Source of the DNA: a virus
Virus record (IMG/VR): IMGVR_UViG_3300032288_002265
Span: 9,328 to 73,327 of that record
DNA length: 64,000 nt
Reading direction: 5' to 3' (one strand)
Position numbers and translations under genes: made by a program. The notes beneath the pieces were generated by a model. That model did not search any database. It saw only the letters and a list, made by a program, of their open reading frames with translations, and was not told the DNA's origin. Below, in pieces: positions 10,201-17,192 of the stretch; the stretch's first letter is position 1, and each line of letters opens with the position of its first letter.

Positions 10201-11650
10201 CCAGGCCAAGGACGACAGCCAGGCGTTCGCCTCGTTGAAGCTGCTCAATCCGTTCACCCAGGCGTCGATCTGGATGCACCGCGCTGCCGCCCGCCAGTGG
10301 CTGCGGACGATCAACAACGCCGTCCTGAAGGCCGAGGTCTACTTCAAGGCCCACCCTCAGGCTGAGTCGGATCCGAACTTCCGCTTCACCGCCAAGGAGC
10401 TTGGCTACTCGGGCAAGACCCTGACCGGCATGAAGCTGGACAATCGGGCCTGGGAGTTCCTGAGCGAGAAGCTGGCTCAGTCTGGCATCAGCCTCGAGGA
10501 CGCAGCCCGCAAGAAGCTGCGCGGCCAGGATCCGCTGGACTTCAACCAGATCCAGTCGGCCTTGTCCCTGGCGCAGACCGAGATCCTGCTCAACACCAGC
10601 CCTGTCACCCGACCGGCTTGGTCCCAGGACACGATGCTCGGCCGTCTGTCCACCCCGCTGGTGGGCTGGGCGCTATACAAGAGTGCGGACGTGGCCAAGA
10701 CCGCTGCCGGTCCCAAGTCCAAGGGCGACCTCAAGGCGTTCGCCAGCTTCATGGAGGCGATGCTGCTTGGTGTGCTGCCGATCTCGCTCGCCTACGCCAT
10801 GCTGCGTGACGAGTACGAGGAGGAGGTTCTGAAGAAGAAGCAGAACGTCATGCCCCTGCGGGCGGACGCCACGCTGCCGGCTGCGATCCTCGATGCCACG
10901 TCCCGCCTGGGTATGCTTGGCATCGTCGGTGAGATCCCGAACTCGATCGCCAACCAGTCGACGCAGCGCGAGGTCTCGGTCGACAGCCGCGTGTTTGCCG
11001 TGAGCTCCGCGCTTTCGTTGATGCGTGCGATTTCGACCGCGTACAACCAGGGCACAGTGACCTACCAGTCGGTGGTTCGGCCGATGATGCAGGCGGTGGG
11101 TGGCTCAGGTTATCTGCAGAACTTCGATGCGATCAACGGCCTGGCTGGGCTGGACAATGTCGAGTCCCGGCTGGCCAAGCGTGTGAACGTCGGCAACCAA
11201 CTGCGAGTCGCCGGCCGGATGAACGACATGGAGATCCGTGGAGGCAAGGGCATGGCGACCACCGCCAATCCGGTGAAGCCGCACGTGGTAAACATGGCCC
11301 TGGCTGCGTACGCCAACGACTCGATGGCGTTCCGTCAGGCGTACCAGAAGGCGCTGCAGGCGGCGATCAAGACCTTCCCGGACTCGGATCCGTACGAGAA
11401 GGTGGCATCGGCGTTCGAGTCTCAGCACCCGCTGAAGTCGATCTTTGCCACCCGCCCAACCACGGCCGACTACCAGAAGATGCTCCGGTCACTCGGGGAC
11501 GAGGCTTCGGAGGTCAGCGCGGCGATCCGCAACCTGAATGCCTACGGTGCCCAGGTGCTCACCAAGCGCGGCGGCTCAGGCATCAAGCCGTTCTACGGAA
11601 CCGAGACCAGCAGCAGGTCCACGGACTACCGCAGTATGCTCACGAGGTAA
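1247..11650 (+). CDS. Giant (3467 aa) polyvalent internal virion/ejection protein
   Basis: N-terminal Gly/Ala-rich hydrophobic segments, Ala/Pro and Lys/Ala linkers, a zincin-like segment (EETLH...DEFVA) and a long helical C-terminus. Strong GC3 bias in this frame. Architecture and position typical of podovirus ejected proteins. Confidence 0.8.
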   Translation: MPNQLVEWWRTQRPEDASLSDDSLTMKIASMAPDYKAQGKDIFADYPDFTADYNSLLERAGKEYRRGTATLGNEVSRGLQRGISGLKSTAYGAAALAADAIPGTFADPARDALLRKYKTAQEDASQEDVTPAVGSYKEVGDLRDAGQYVAGLVGEGLPSVAESMVTGAIGAAAGSEVPVAGNIAGGIAGIVGKQAAKRLIAKKIAGFTAQEIEEAALKGVGSEALKQLVRAETKAITSTAGAALASTLNSYGLSAGEIYGELATNPNVKPEDALGIAVAAAIPAAIADTALPGYVINKSGVLRRLAGQIENFGETEKRGFFGYITRLAAEVPKVSTMEAGTEAFQELVNIAATKYGETGKFDLSLTEAEKERIINSGIGGAVAATTTAPLAAARFDKTEQEATAQAPAAAAPAQAQPGSPAAPAAQAAPADPTAPAAQQNQPDTATDVLEAGYDTNIDGIKDLARRKLAGDDVSAEEAALKPDAARRYQREVIAASEAKAAAEATAPTETAATATEEKKTEPESKSALTAEAQDLLRNVDAGGVPVFITANLKRIASENGVTIEGSDTSNSVIEKLRKKGAETDPAPDSTSTDAGGEEKKSTINLTPIDYTDNPSWDAATRTLNRTSGSARVIDYSDRKIVLVNVNGLNIPFYLSTGQAKKKEVAAGKWYPIFGISSDGWLNKGSQKEINNFYGSEELKRIAQQLDAELGKDVKADIKVSNSAVFSSVNGFLKELGLQPVENELSTTVDDLKKNISAVIAEIERRKASASEPTPAPTPAPAADAAPTNVDADPVDQAEEGEDLQLSTEDSAAKQSMSKDAKAAQSQVELLKKKIAAIEKLTEQRSKEIEPAQSLMDRYIAADAITNKEERADALKALEGELKKYGGVEGLQSRLQTLNVLETDKNGKPKLLLKPVSDDPRKTVSTRLNYYAKKLNEAQSKLMMINDDIDTLMMSAAPSERSRMPAYYESGDESEQSGELMRLYGESLKAKGLARQTALNELGYTLTADARGKDSNQRHSRRLTAWVKRSEAGNPTEIIVTTSHREPIPKKSKSEFNPVDRYVFAVSNTEYLQGGNKKKVTEKKADVRTITQMIDDGFMPYSSILLGSARHRSVERFVFQEGGKTALAQYNEMFGEAKQAAAAGKPIETGFGKNEDEIINEAAKTAAEELSDVELEYANRFFQYIRDQFLEQSAELLDKGRFSEALEQSLLGKMIGVYDEMVSKNASETDISNTFSRSFKSEIEGFLKQEKKFASARDMAVIAETLPSYFAGSALRATMSARADALKQTYQDIKLNALKKAIGEKNNENNQSTSGTKAVSPTGAAGKADRNGGGDGKGNRVVSKKDAQAKVAKAGKAAAGSVASKKRTASRADVAKATAAKADKPKRTDAASKAKKQAAKSEVVKRETKYVFNPKTGRAEQVSNKIIEAGTPAPVAKPKKAGTKKEAAPKKGTKPAAPEQPKPEAKPEPTIEQRKEAALEAVAKLLAAKLIKRKEYNGLIDAINAGTIAQIQEILDKSQAAESSAKDSNSVVALKETVLNLEEQGLIDKVVRKAMLKKIDQNASNQEALAKFEQELKDYSDREAKKTRKRLSQADPEAIESVDLQSGRITPVELVPNSIENIEHNIRRFSQPARSLLTQSMDAESVSQKYPNLITALRRIAIEAATDSSPMSVIRATIAKAMMDRVANTGAKLIFVDQSITPGVLGKFDLRNNEIVIYTGAHSTDLDLQATILEETLHAFTSKTRLAFDTNPESLSLALRDAITGLNSLIEAAKKAGLKWQESDSADAAVAFDEFVAAAVRDDQFKAQLAKIPFNKDFGIKKATTLLEAIKLQFSKILEAIVSAFPIFGSGGKTGGMTALDASAAFINAMVTNHQKVANEQGGKEQRNRYVEGTLGTGADITVDGSQFSADATAEAKRLMALQNLIQDAATRMVDMWNRKGNNRSSQGTQLLSNDQAIKNMILDMISNSMPLPSDAKQAINKALSDQGASTISDAITMGDLEQKSDAPKVARDGLNALNTVLFNLKRMRAEAEELFGKKNILQKIADSSFEISELTKKFEDMNFIGKEFVKELRRSIDESEDVGAGSIAKAMGMTTGRKASLQNAATWIQANLNAYTDALVALSELGVDFKNTPPADILKTVNAAAATDARLVPMQDIGRLAMAGQFARRRPMVMDFLATRSSGEAGALRSIIAMATSSRADAIEMAKRDLSKLKRIGGIAARIIDQLSEMKAEHRKMLDQAKLHAEREQFAVDAEAALTERIKYLDRMLQVEDTSGNKLWQPHHNATYFVPTSPNQSEESLFEDNPTSQSFRKLRFGQDFDGAKVRSELALMKGWLDANQNLRGTSKYNLMKRQIDGLTKMYAEEVDANVRRGPFGFLVRALGSSADRLEQLGLLSAKEAATMIRRYVASFEQSLKSVDAKSFHEYDALMRKGTELSGLHPLEFKRQYYNRALGYLETRQDLLNPTLTQQAQEDLLVREAIRFMDQSTPMSDELKTTVGNLLRTAGRNGEIIIGRNRVNFGLKVADVMKDGRVYLREPIGHPLSTAARSLDESVRVLANKMEAAWKETFTANGEPDTKLKPATVSGLYTTDVNALRSILAGRFTEEVMSKFVKPLVSKTGKTNFKGPESLGVVDMAKRENLIEAYRLAGGDIIKFAEELHRLEGGDPATLADFVGETIGTLQKYASTLFQVADTAGKNADEDADPGLNFLNARQGEDFPWEWLDYKEYGYKNRTRYLRVMAQQFAFGDNQDGFNRLVEESRRQLMKFKDEYEDAHKKLNAGDRAGYEKALNEGGNRIARQNAQANVLELNAAEKHHSALMSELNGNKQSAGVFSEILGVISGMTVQGLATAATDSVTLFEAPLRKFGFSKEAIQFIAGTWKALGTEIAGTLAQAFGMQFHQDTATSRETDILNRNGLADSDSITSSRGFAALHERYIQELAEELTFSAITDRYKNERITMAKELASGAVKRVAKAGKVFLESGIGQAKDDSQAFASLKLLNPFTQASIWMHRAAARQWLRTINNAVLKAEVYFKAHPQAESDPNFRFTAKELGYSGKTLTGMKLDNRAWEFLSEKLAQSGISLEDAARKKLRGQDPLDFNQIQSALSLAQTEILLNTSPVTRPAWSQDTMLGRLSTPLVGWALYKSADVAKTAAGPKSKGDLKAFASFMEAMLLGVLPISLAYAMLRDEYEEEVLKKKQNVMPLRADATLPAAILDATSRLGMLGIVGEIPNSIANQSTQREVSVDSRVFAVSSALSLMRAISTAYNQGTVTYQSVVRPMMQAVGGSGYLQNFDAINGLAGLDNVESRLAKRVNVGNQLRVAGRMNDMEIRGGKGMATTANPVKPHVVNMALAAYANDSMAFRQAYQKALQAAIKTFPDSDPYEKVASAFESQHPLKSIFATRPTTADYQKMLRSLGDEASEVSAAIRNLNAYGAQVLTKRGGSGIKPFYGTETSSRSTDYRSMLTR
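5163..5366 (+). CDS. Candidate nested 67-aa ORF in the +1 frame of the giant gene
   Basis: GGAG at 5152-5155, 7 nt before the ATG. Main-frame codons become unusually A/T-ending over much of this interval. Confidence 0.4.
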   Translation: MRTIKVPQELRQSVPPEQLVKLIEMVAVTAKAIGSSRKKMLKQRSPKQARPQQVASRPRSVPPPEQM

Positions 11651-11653
11651 CCC

Positions 11654-11914
11654 ATGATCGACAAAGACAAGAAACCCCTTGGTCAGAAGTGGCGCACTCC
11701 CGGCGAACGGAAGAAGTGGGCCGTCGTCATCAAAGATCCCAAGACCGGCAAGCGGAAGGTTGTGCGGTGGGGTGATCCGAAGATGCAGGACTTTACTCAG
11801 CACAAGGATCCTGAGCGCCGGAAGAACTTCAAATCCCGCATGAACTGCGACAGCGACCCGAAGGCCAAGGACAAGACGCGGCCCAAGTACTGGGCGTGCA
11901 ACGCAACCTGGTGA
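11654..11914 (+). CDS. Small basic protein, DUF5754-like
   Basis: WGDPKMQDFTQHKDPERRKNF...KYWA resembles, from recollection, the viral DUF5754 pattern. Confidence 0.55.
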   Translation: MIDKDKKPLGQKWRTPGERKKWAVVIKDPKTGKRKVVRWGDPKMQDFTQHKDPERRKNFKSRMNCDSDPKAKDKTRPKYWACNATW

Positions 11915-11920
11915 TGATTT

Positions 11921-12601
11921 ATGGAGAGGACACCCGAACAGATCAAACGCATCCACGTCGCGCTCGAGCAGGCTGGCAACATCTCTGGCGCGGCGTCGCT
12001 GCTGAACGTCAGCGCCGACTCCCTCAAGAAGGTGATCAGGGACCACCCTGAGCTACGCTCTTACCTGCCTGGCACAACCGCACCGACAGAGCAGGAGGTC
12101 ATCGGGCGCAAGCCACTTGCCTTGGTGTCTGTTGCCGAGTCGGACATTGTCAAGGCGGTGAAGGATGCGGACGAGCAGGTTCGATCTGGCTTCGAGGCGA
12201 TCGGTGTGTCAGGCGATGCGCTCAAGGAGGCTATGGCGTTCCGCGACTTCGGTCGTATGCACTTCAACGATATGCGCCACTACATCGGTGGCGGCATGGC
12301 CAAGCTCTTCGCTGACCTGATGGTCGAGGTGAAGGATGTGCGGAAAGAGATCGAAGAGGTTCACGACGTCGAGCGGGAGAAGCTCCTGCGTGAGGACCGC
12401 AGCCGCCTGGTGAAGCACTGCATCGATGTCTACGACCGAGTGCGTGAGGCTTCAGTGAGCGCGGCCGTGATCGAGGCCAAGAAGCAGGAGGCCAAAGAGA
12501 AAAAGAAGACAGGGAAAGCTGGGTTCGCCCCACTGGCCATGGAGGTCAAGGGTGACGTCCATGTCCATGAGGCGGGGAAGGTTCCGGGACCGAGTGCGTA
12601 A
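11921..12601 (+). CDS. HTH protein with helical body, possible terminase small subunit
   Basis: N-terminal Fis-like HTH (ALEQAGNISGAASLLNVSADSL) followed by coiled helices. Confidence 0.45.
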   Translation: MERTPEQIKRIHVALEQAGNISGAASLLNVSADSLKKVIRDHPELRSYLPGTTAPTEQEVIGRKPLALVSVAESDIVKAVKDADEQVRSGFEAIGVSGDALKEAMAFRDFGRMHFNDMRHYIGGGMAKLFADLMVEVKDVRKEIEEVHDVEREKLLREDRSRLVKHCIDVYDRVREASVSAAVIEAKKQEAKEKKKTGKAGFAPLAMEVKGDVHVHEAGKVPGPSA

Positions 12602-12712
12602 CACCTATGAATAAGGGCGGTCGCACTCGTGCAACAATGCCAAGCCGATTAGTCCCCACAACAAGCAAACAAGACTCCGACCACGTTGTTTATCCCGGAA
12701 CCAAAGAACAGG

Positions 12713-13801
12713 TCACTTCGCGAGTGACGGTTTTGCGGACCCGGACTTGCGGATGTAGCTCTTGGTCGAGCTCGTGCCGTTGTGTCCGAGTGCCTTGGCG
12801 ATCTCCTCGATCGTCGCCCCCTTCGCCGCCATGGTGGTTGCCATCGTGGCGCGGAGACTGTGATAGCTGTAGCCCTCAAAGCCAAGGGACTTGAACAGCC
12901 GTCCGAAGTAGACGCTCATAATCGGGCGTCGCTTGGGGTCGTTGGCGACAAGCTGCTCGGCCGGAAAGAGGAACCTCTTGTCCATCCGCTCCATGCTCCT
13001 CACCAGTCGGGCCACGCGATCCGTCATCGGGATCACCACCCGCGTGTTGGCTTTGTCGGTCCAGACTGTGACGGTGCCCTTCTCGAAGTCGAAGCACGAC
13101 CACTCAAGGTTGCACACGTCACCCAGGCGCAGTGCCAGGTCTCGACCCAGCATGATCGATGCGTGGAAGAATCCCTCGCTCATCGAGTCGGGCTCGAGGC
13201 CCTCGCAGTTGGCTAGGATGAAGTCGATCTCGTCATCCTCGAAGACCAGCTTGTGCTTGGTCTCGCGCTGCTCGTGGCTGATCACACGGTAGTCCACGGA
13301 CACCAACTGAGACGGATCACTCAGGATGTACCGCTTCACACCGCAGAAGCGCATCAGGTTCCTGATGGCCGCGAGCTTCATCGTCCTGGTCCCGAGCTTG
13401 TCGGGCCGGTTCGTGTCGTTGATCCACGCATGGATCTCATCGGCAGTCACTGTGCCGATCGTCTTCTCTTCGATGCCGGTCTGCCTGATCCACAGGCTGA
13501 TCGTGGTGGCGTTGTTGTCGCGGGTCCGTGGGGACCGCACGCCCACCTTCATCCACTCGATCCACTCAGCCAGCGCGTCACGCATCGTGATGCTCTTGTT
13601 GGCCGTGATCAGCGTGACCACATCAGCGGTCAGCCGGTGGATCTTCGCCGACCGTTCGATGTCCTTGATCTTGGACGCCTTGACCACCTCCTCGGCCTCT
13701 GCCTTGGTCTTGCAGAAGGTGGACAGTCGCTGCACACAGCCAGCCTCGGTGGTAACCTCGACGTGCCAGTGCTCCTCACTTTCTCGCTTTGATAATCTCA
13801 T
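12713..13801 (-). CDS. int: Tyrosine recombinase/integrase
   Basis: Catalytic motifs LALRLGD (R), HSLR, LGH and terminal Tyr (TKSYI). N-terminal arm/core-binding-like region. Confidence 0.92.
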   Translation of the reverse strand: MRLSKRESEEHWHVEVTTEAGCVQRLSTFCKTKAEAEEVVKASKIKDIERSAKIHRLTADVVTLITANKSITMRDALAEWIEWMKVGVRSPRTRDNNATTISLWIRQTGIEEKTIGTVTADEIHAWINDTNRPDKLGTRTMKLAAIRNLMRFCGVKRYILSDPSQLVSVDYRVISHEQRETKHKLVFEDDEIDFILANCEGLEPDSMSEGFFHASIMLGRDLALRLGDVCNLEWSCFDFEKGTVTVWTDKANTRVVIPMTDRVARLVRSMERMDKRFLFPAEQLVANDPKRRPIMSVYFGRLFKSLGFEGYSYHSLRATMATTMAAKGATIEEIAKALGHNGTSSTKSYIRKSGSAKPSLAK

Positions 13802-14102
13802 GTCTCTCCTCGTCGTCTGCCCATCGCCTCGTCTCCTGCGGCATCACTGGGACACCATGAGCCTTGGCTCTGAGCAGAAATTCTTTTCGCATATGCTCGT
13901 CGATGTCATTCGCGCACTGCTTATGGATCTGCGCTGCGCGATTCATAATCGACTGTCGGTATCGTTTGATCGCTGGATCGGTGTCGATCCGCTTCCTGAC
14001 TAGGTTCCAGAATGCCTGCTGCCGTTCGCTTCCGTTGGTCTCGAGCTTTTGCGGCTTGAGTTGGCCAAGCGGATCAACATCGGCAGGTAAGTGGTCTTCC
14101 AT
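13776..14102 (-). CDS. Hypothetical protein
   Basis: 108-aa ORF with AGGAG SD; overlaps both neighbours. Confidence 0.55.
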   Translation of the reverse strand: MEDHLPADVDPLGQLKPQKLETNGSERQQAFWNLVRKRIDTDPAIKRYRQSIMNRAAQIHKQCANDIDEHMRKEFLLRAKAHGVPVMPQETRRWADDEERHEIIKARK

Positions 14103-14413
14103 TGTGGGTTTCTCCTGAGGTACGGGAACTTGCGGTTCGGGTCTCTCGTCGATGTCTTCAGGTACATCCTGATCCGCCGCACGTCCTCCCTCGACGCGAG
14201 ATCGATTCCGACCCCGGTCATGTAGGCACGCACGGTTGGCAGATCGATGCCTCTCCAGTCTGTTGCCCAGCTGATCGCTTCGACCTGGCTGGGTGACAGA
14301 CCAGAACGGTCTGCGATCTCGATTGTTGTAAGCGGTTCGCCTCTCGGGTGCCGCGCAAGGATCCTGAGCAGCAACGGACAGAAGGCGTCGAACCTCTCCC
14401 AGTACTTCGCCAT
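14000..14413 (-). CDS. HTH DNA-binding protein, possible repressor or regulator
   Basis: LTTIEIADRSGLSPSQVEAI HTH pattern; upstream of the integrase. Confidence 0.6.
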   Translation of the reverse strand: MAKYWERFDAFCPLLLRILARHPRGEPLTTIEIADRSGLSPSQVEAISWATDWRGIDLPTVRAYMTGVGIDLASREDVRRIRMYLKTSTRDPNRKFPYLRRNPQWKTTYLPMLIRLANSSRKSSRPTEANGSRHSGT

Positions 14414-14448
14414 GACGTGATACTGTTACCCTTTTTTAAGTGAGTCAA
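14414..14448 (-). promoter_or_regulatory. Sigma70-like promoter, possibly for a leaderless mRNA
   Basis: Minus strand reads TTGACT-17 nt-CAGTAT-6 nt-ATG. Confidence 0.4.
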
Positions 14449-14713
14449 TTTCGGCGACCGACTGCTTCTTCGACTTACCTTGATAGTTCTTGATCAGGTT
14501 CCAGATCGCGCTCTCTGACCTGCCGAACTTCTTCGACAGTTCGTCCAGGCTGTAGGTTGGGTTCTTCTGTTTGAACTTGATGATTCTCTTCTTCTCCTCG
14601 TCGGTCATGCGAACCCATCCGAACTGCTTCTTCGGTGCTGCCTCAATCTTCTCAATCTTCGGCTGTGGCCCGATCAGTCGGGTGATCTGCTCTGCTGTCA
14701 GCGGTGCTTTCAT
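14426..14713 (-). CDS. HTH DNA-binding protein
   Basis: MTDEEKKRII...YSLDELSKKFGRSESAIWNLIK; ATGA overlap with the upstream gene. Confidence 0.7.
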   Translation of the reverse strand: MKAPLTAEQITRLIGPQPKIEKIEAAPKKQFGWVRMTDEEKKRIIKFKQKNPTYSLDELSKKFGRSESAIWNLIKNYQGKSKKQSVAEIDSLKKG

Positions 14714-14955
14714 TTCCTTCCTTTCTGTTTCTGTTTCATGTGCCACTTGCTCCACTTGGCGTACGCCTTCCAGACTGGATGCTTCGGCCCTGGAGTTCTC
14801 TTCCGATCTGAACCGTCACGGTTGATGAAGATGGGACCGCCGAAGCCGGTCTCTTCCCATCTCCAGAACTTGCCATTGACGATCGCGAAACCCTCCGCTT
14901 CAGGTACGGTGAGGATGCAGGGGAGTCCGTTGATCTCGGTGAATATGTCCTTCAC
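14710..14955 (-). CDS. Hypothetical protein
   Basis: 81-aa ORF with 4-nt overlaps at both ends. Confidence 0.65.
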   Translation of the reverse strand: MKDIFTEINGLPCILTVPEAEGFAIVNGKFWRWEETGFGGPIFINRDGSDRKRTPGPKHPVWKAYAKWSKWHMKQKQKGRK

Positions 14956-15263
14956 GGCTTCACCTCCTCGACTTCATTGACCTTCATCACCTGACTGATC
15001 GGGGTGACCTTGGCGAAGAACATATCCTTGGGATCATTGCAGAGCCTAACCTCAACGAACTTGAACAACACCCATGAGCTCTCGAACTCGTCGAGCAGGG
15101 TGTCGCCAACCTTTGGGCGGGATCTCTTGAATCCCATCACACTGTAGACCTCATTGTGTGCGAGCGGCCGATCAACGAACTGCATCCCATTCGGCCACCA
15201 GCGGATTGAGTTTCCCCATCCGTCGCCCATGTCGTAGTCGGCCTTGAGTTCAGGAGGCTTCAT
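14952..15263 (-). CDS. Hypothetical protein
   Basis: Start re-set to MKPPEL (ATGA overlap with upstream stop). Confidence 0.65.
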   Translation of the reverse strand: MKPPELKADYDMGDGWGNSIRWWPNGMQFVDRPLAHNEVYSVMGFKRSRPKVGDTLLDEFESSWVLFKFVEVRLCNDPKDMFFAKVTPISQVMKVNEVEEVKP

Positions 15264-15607
15264 GTATGCACCTTCTTCGCATTGTTCCAGCGAGCGACGC
15301 ACCTTGGAACCTTGCTCTTGCCGAGGCACAGTAGTTGAGCCATGTCGTTGCCAGCCACCATAAGGATTCGGATGTGCTCTCGAAGGGCGTTGATGGTAAT
15401 CACCGCATGACTCATCTTGTCTGTGCTGGACTTAATTAGTTCCAGATCCTCGTCGAGCTCCATCTGGAAGTCTGCGATGATCCTGGACAGGTCTGCGATT
15501 CTGTCTGCTGCTTCCATGACCGCAGCGTTCGCAACACCGTCCTCTGAATACATTTCTTTGGACAGTATGCGTAGCGAGGAGACCAATGTTTCAGTGGAGG
15601 TTTTCAT
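15260..15607 (-). CDS. Hypothetical coiled-coil protein
   Basis: Start re-set to MKTSTE; typical phage 'EAADRIA' helix; coupled overlaps. Confidence 0.65.
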   Translation of the reverse strand: MKTSTETLVSSLRILSKEMYSEDGVANAAVMEAADRIADLSRIIADFQMELDEDLELIKSSTDKMSHAVITINALREHIRILMVAGNDMAQLLCLGKSKVPRCVARWNNAKKVHT

Positions 15608-15924
15608 TGCCGCCCCTCCAGATCCTCGACCACGCTGATGGTCCGGTTCACGTCGGCGAGCCACCGCTGAACGTACTTCTTGCGGTAGTCGTCGCGCACA
15701 GCGTCTCTCACCACGTCTCTCGCAAGATCGACAACGGCGGTACACCATGTGCCACGCGCCACCGTCACACTTGGAGCACCCGCTGGTCGTATCTCCTCTG
15801 CCTTGGTGTATCCGCGCAGCCGGTCATCCTTAATGATCGTGTTGAACGGCTCCAGCAGCTTCTCCAGTTCGCGGTCTGCCGCAGCGTTGAGCGCGGTCTC
15901 GATGTCGGAGATGGCCTTGCTCAT
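15604..15924 (-). CDS. Hypothetical protein
   Basis: 106-aa ORF with GGAGG SD. Confidence 0.65.
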   Translation of the reverse strand: MSKAISDIETALNAAADRELEKLLEPFNTIIKDDRLRGYTKAEEIRPAGAPSVTVARGTWCTAVVDLARDVVRDAVRDDYRKKYVQRWLADVNRTISVVEDLEGRQ

Positions 15925-16106
15925 TTAACCTCCTGTCGCTTGAGGAACTCATCGATCGCCACATCGGCGATGTACTGAAGTTTGTAGCCGGTCTTCAGTG
16001 CATAATCCTTGAGACGTGTGTGAGTCTCAGGCGAAACCATCACAACCTTGTAATCGTCTCGCACACGCACGTTCTTCACGGGGGCTACTTTAGGATGGAG
16101 GCTCAC
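15921..16106 (-). CDS. Small ribbon-helix-helix-like DNA-binding protein
   Basis: KVVMVSPETHTRLKDYA...IADVAIDEFL; GTG start overlapping the upstream stop. Confidence 0.55.
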   Translation of the reverse strand: MSLHPKVAPVKNVRVRDDYKVVMVSPETHTRLKDYALKTGYKLQYIADVAIDEFLKRQEVK

Positions 16107-16993
16107 AGCTTGTCCTCCTTGGCTTTGCGCCATGCTTCGGCTAGGTGCGGCTCATTCCATCCTTCATTGACCATCCTGTCCCCCGCCTCCTCCATCCGCT
16201 TGATGCGCTTCTGTAGCCCATCAATCTCATTGATCTTCTCCATCAGCAACTTGCGGAGCTTATCACTGAGCTCAAGGCCCTTGTCGATGAACCCCTGACG
16301 GATATCGCAGGTGGCCTTCAGCGCCTTAATCGCATTGTCCTTCCGATCGCACTGCTTCTCCATCATATCGATCATGTCGCTGCGCCTATTCATCTCTCCT
16401 GACCGTTTCGCAGCGAGCTCCTCCCACTGGTCCCGCTGCTCGGTGAGTTCCTCGATCACCTTGCTCTGGGAGTCGATCTGGTCGTTGAGACGCTCGATCG
16501 TGTCCTTCTGCTCGAAGTGCGCCTTGCCGCGCTCGGCACACAGCTGGATGACATGCTTGACGTTGTCCACCAGACTGCACGGTTCCAACTGTTCAAGCCC
16601 CCAGTGCCCCAGCGCCTGGTAGATCTCGACGTTCGCTGCCACCAGTTCGTCGTTGTGCTCGCGGTAGCCCTTGTCGATCACAGCCTGTTTGTCCCAGTGC
16701 TCCATGTCCTCCGCGATCTGCTTCTGCAGCGACTGGATTTTCTGGGCTTGAGCCTTGATAATCTCCATCTGCTCTTGCGCTGCCTCTGCCTGACGCTCCT
16801 TCCACCACTCCTGCCCCAGTGGCTTCGCGGTGCTGGTGGCGCTGATCGTCACGGTCGGCTGAGGTGTAGGAACTGGACACGGCTCGGTGTCGCTGCAGGA
16901 CTGCAATAGTTCTGCGTGCGCCTTGTCGAACCGTTTTATGTCGAAAGCGTTCTCGCACATCTCACTGATCAGGTTTGCCTGTCTTTTGGTCAT
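16103..16993 (-). CDS. Coiled-coil hypothetical protein
   Basis: Start re-set to MTKRQA; long heptad-rich stretches. Confidence 0.65.
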   Translation of the reverse strand: MTKRQANLISEMCENAFDIKRFDKAHAELLQSCSDTEPCPVPTPQPTVTISATSTAKPLGQEWWKERQAEAAQEQMEIIKAQAQKIQSLQKQIAEDMEHWDKQAVIDKGYREHNDELVAANVEIYQALGHWGLEQLEPCSLVDNVKHVIQLCAERGKAHFEQKDTIERLNDQIDSQSKVIEELTEQRDQWEELAAKRSGEMNRRSDMIDMMEKQCDRKDNAIKALKATCDIRQGFIDKGLELSDKLRKLLMEKINEIDGLQKRIKRMEEAGDRMVNEGWNEPHLAEAWRKAKEDKL

Positions 16994-17148
16994 TGGGTCT
17001 TCCTTCTCTTCTTGCGGTTGTTGATGTTGATGTCGTTCTTGAGTTTGTATTTCTTCACTGCACGTGCGATCTCGCCGACCTCGCCTCGCTTGAGTGGGGT
17101 GGCGTTGTGCCCATGCTTCAGGAAGTTTTGGGCTCTGGTGAATGTCAT
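16990..17148 (-). CDS. Small basic hypothetical protein (52 aa, absent from the ORF track)
   Basis: Reads MTFTRAQNFLKHGHNATPLKRGEVGEIARAVKKYK...KKRRKTQ; its stop overlaps the next ATG (ATGA). Confidence 0.5.
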   Translation of the reverse strand: MTFTRAQNFLKHGHNATPLKRGEVGEIARAVKKYKLKNDININNRKKRRKTQ

Positions 17149-17160
17149 TGGGAAACGGGG

Positions 17161-17188
17161 ATGATCCCGAAACGAATTTCGGGATCAT
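17161..17188 (-). other. Perfect 12-bp hairpin with UUCG loop
   Basis: Minus strand ATGATCCCGAAA-TTCG-TTTCGGGATCAT; intergenic; no U-tract. Confidence 0.7.
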
Positions 17189-17192
17189 GGGG

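Noticed and set aside
1247-11650. Virion RNA polymerase (N4- or crAss-like)
   Set aside because: I could not find a convincing polymerase catalytic motif such as NADFDGD or DxDxD by eye; structure prediction is needed to exclude it.
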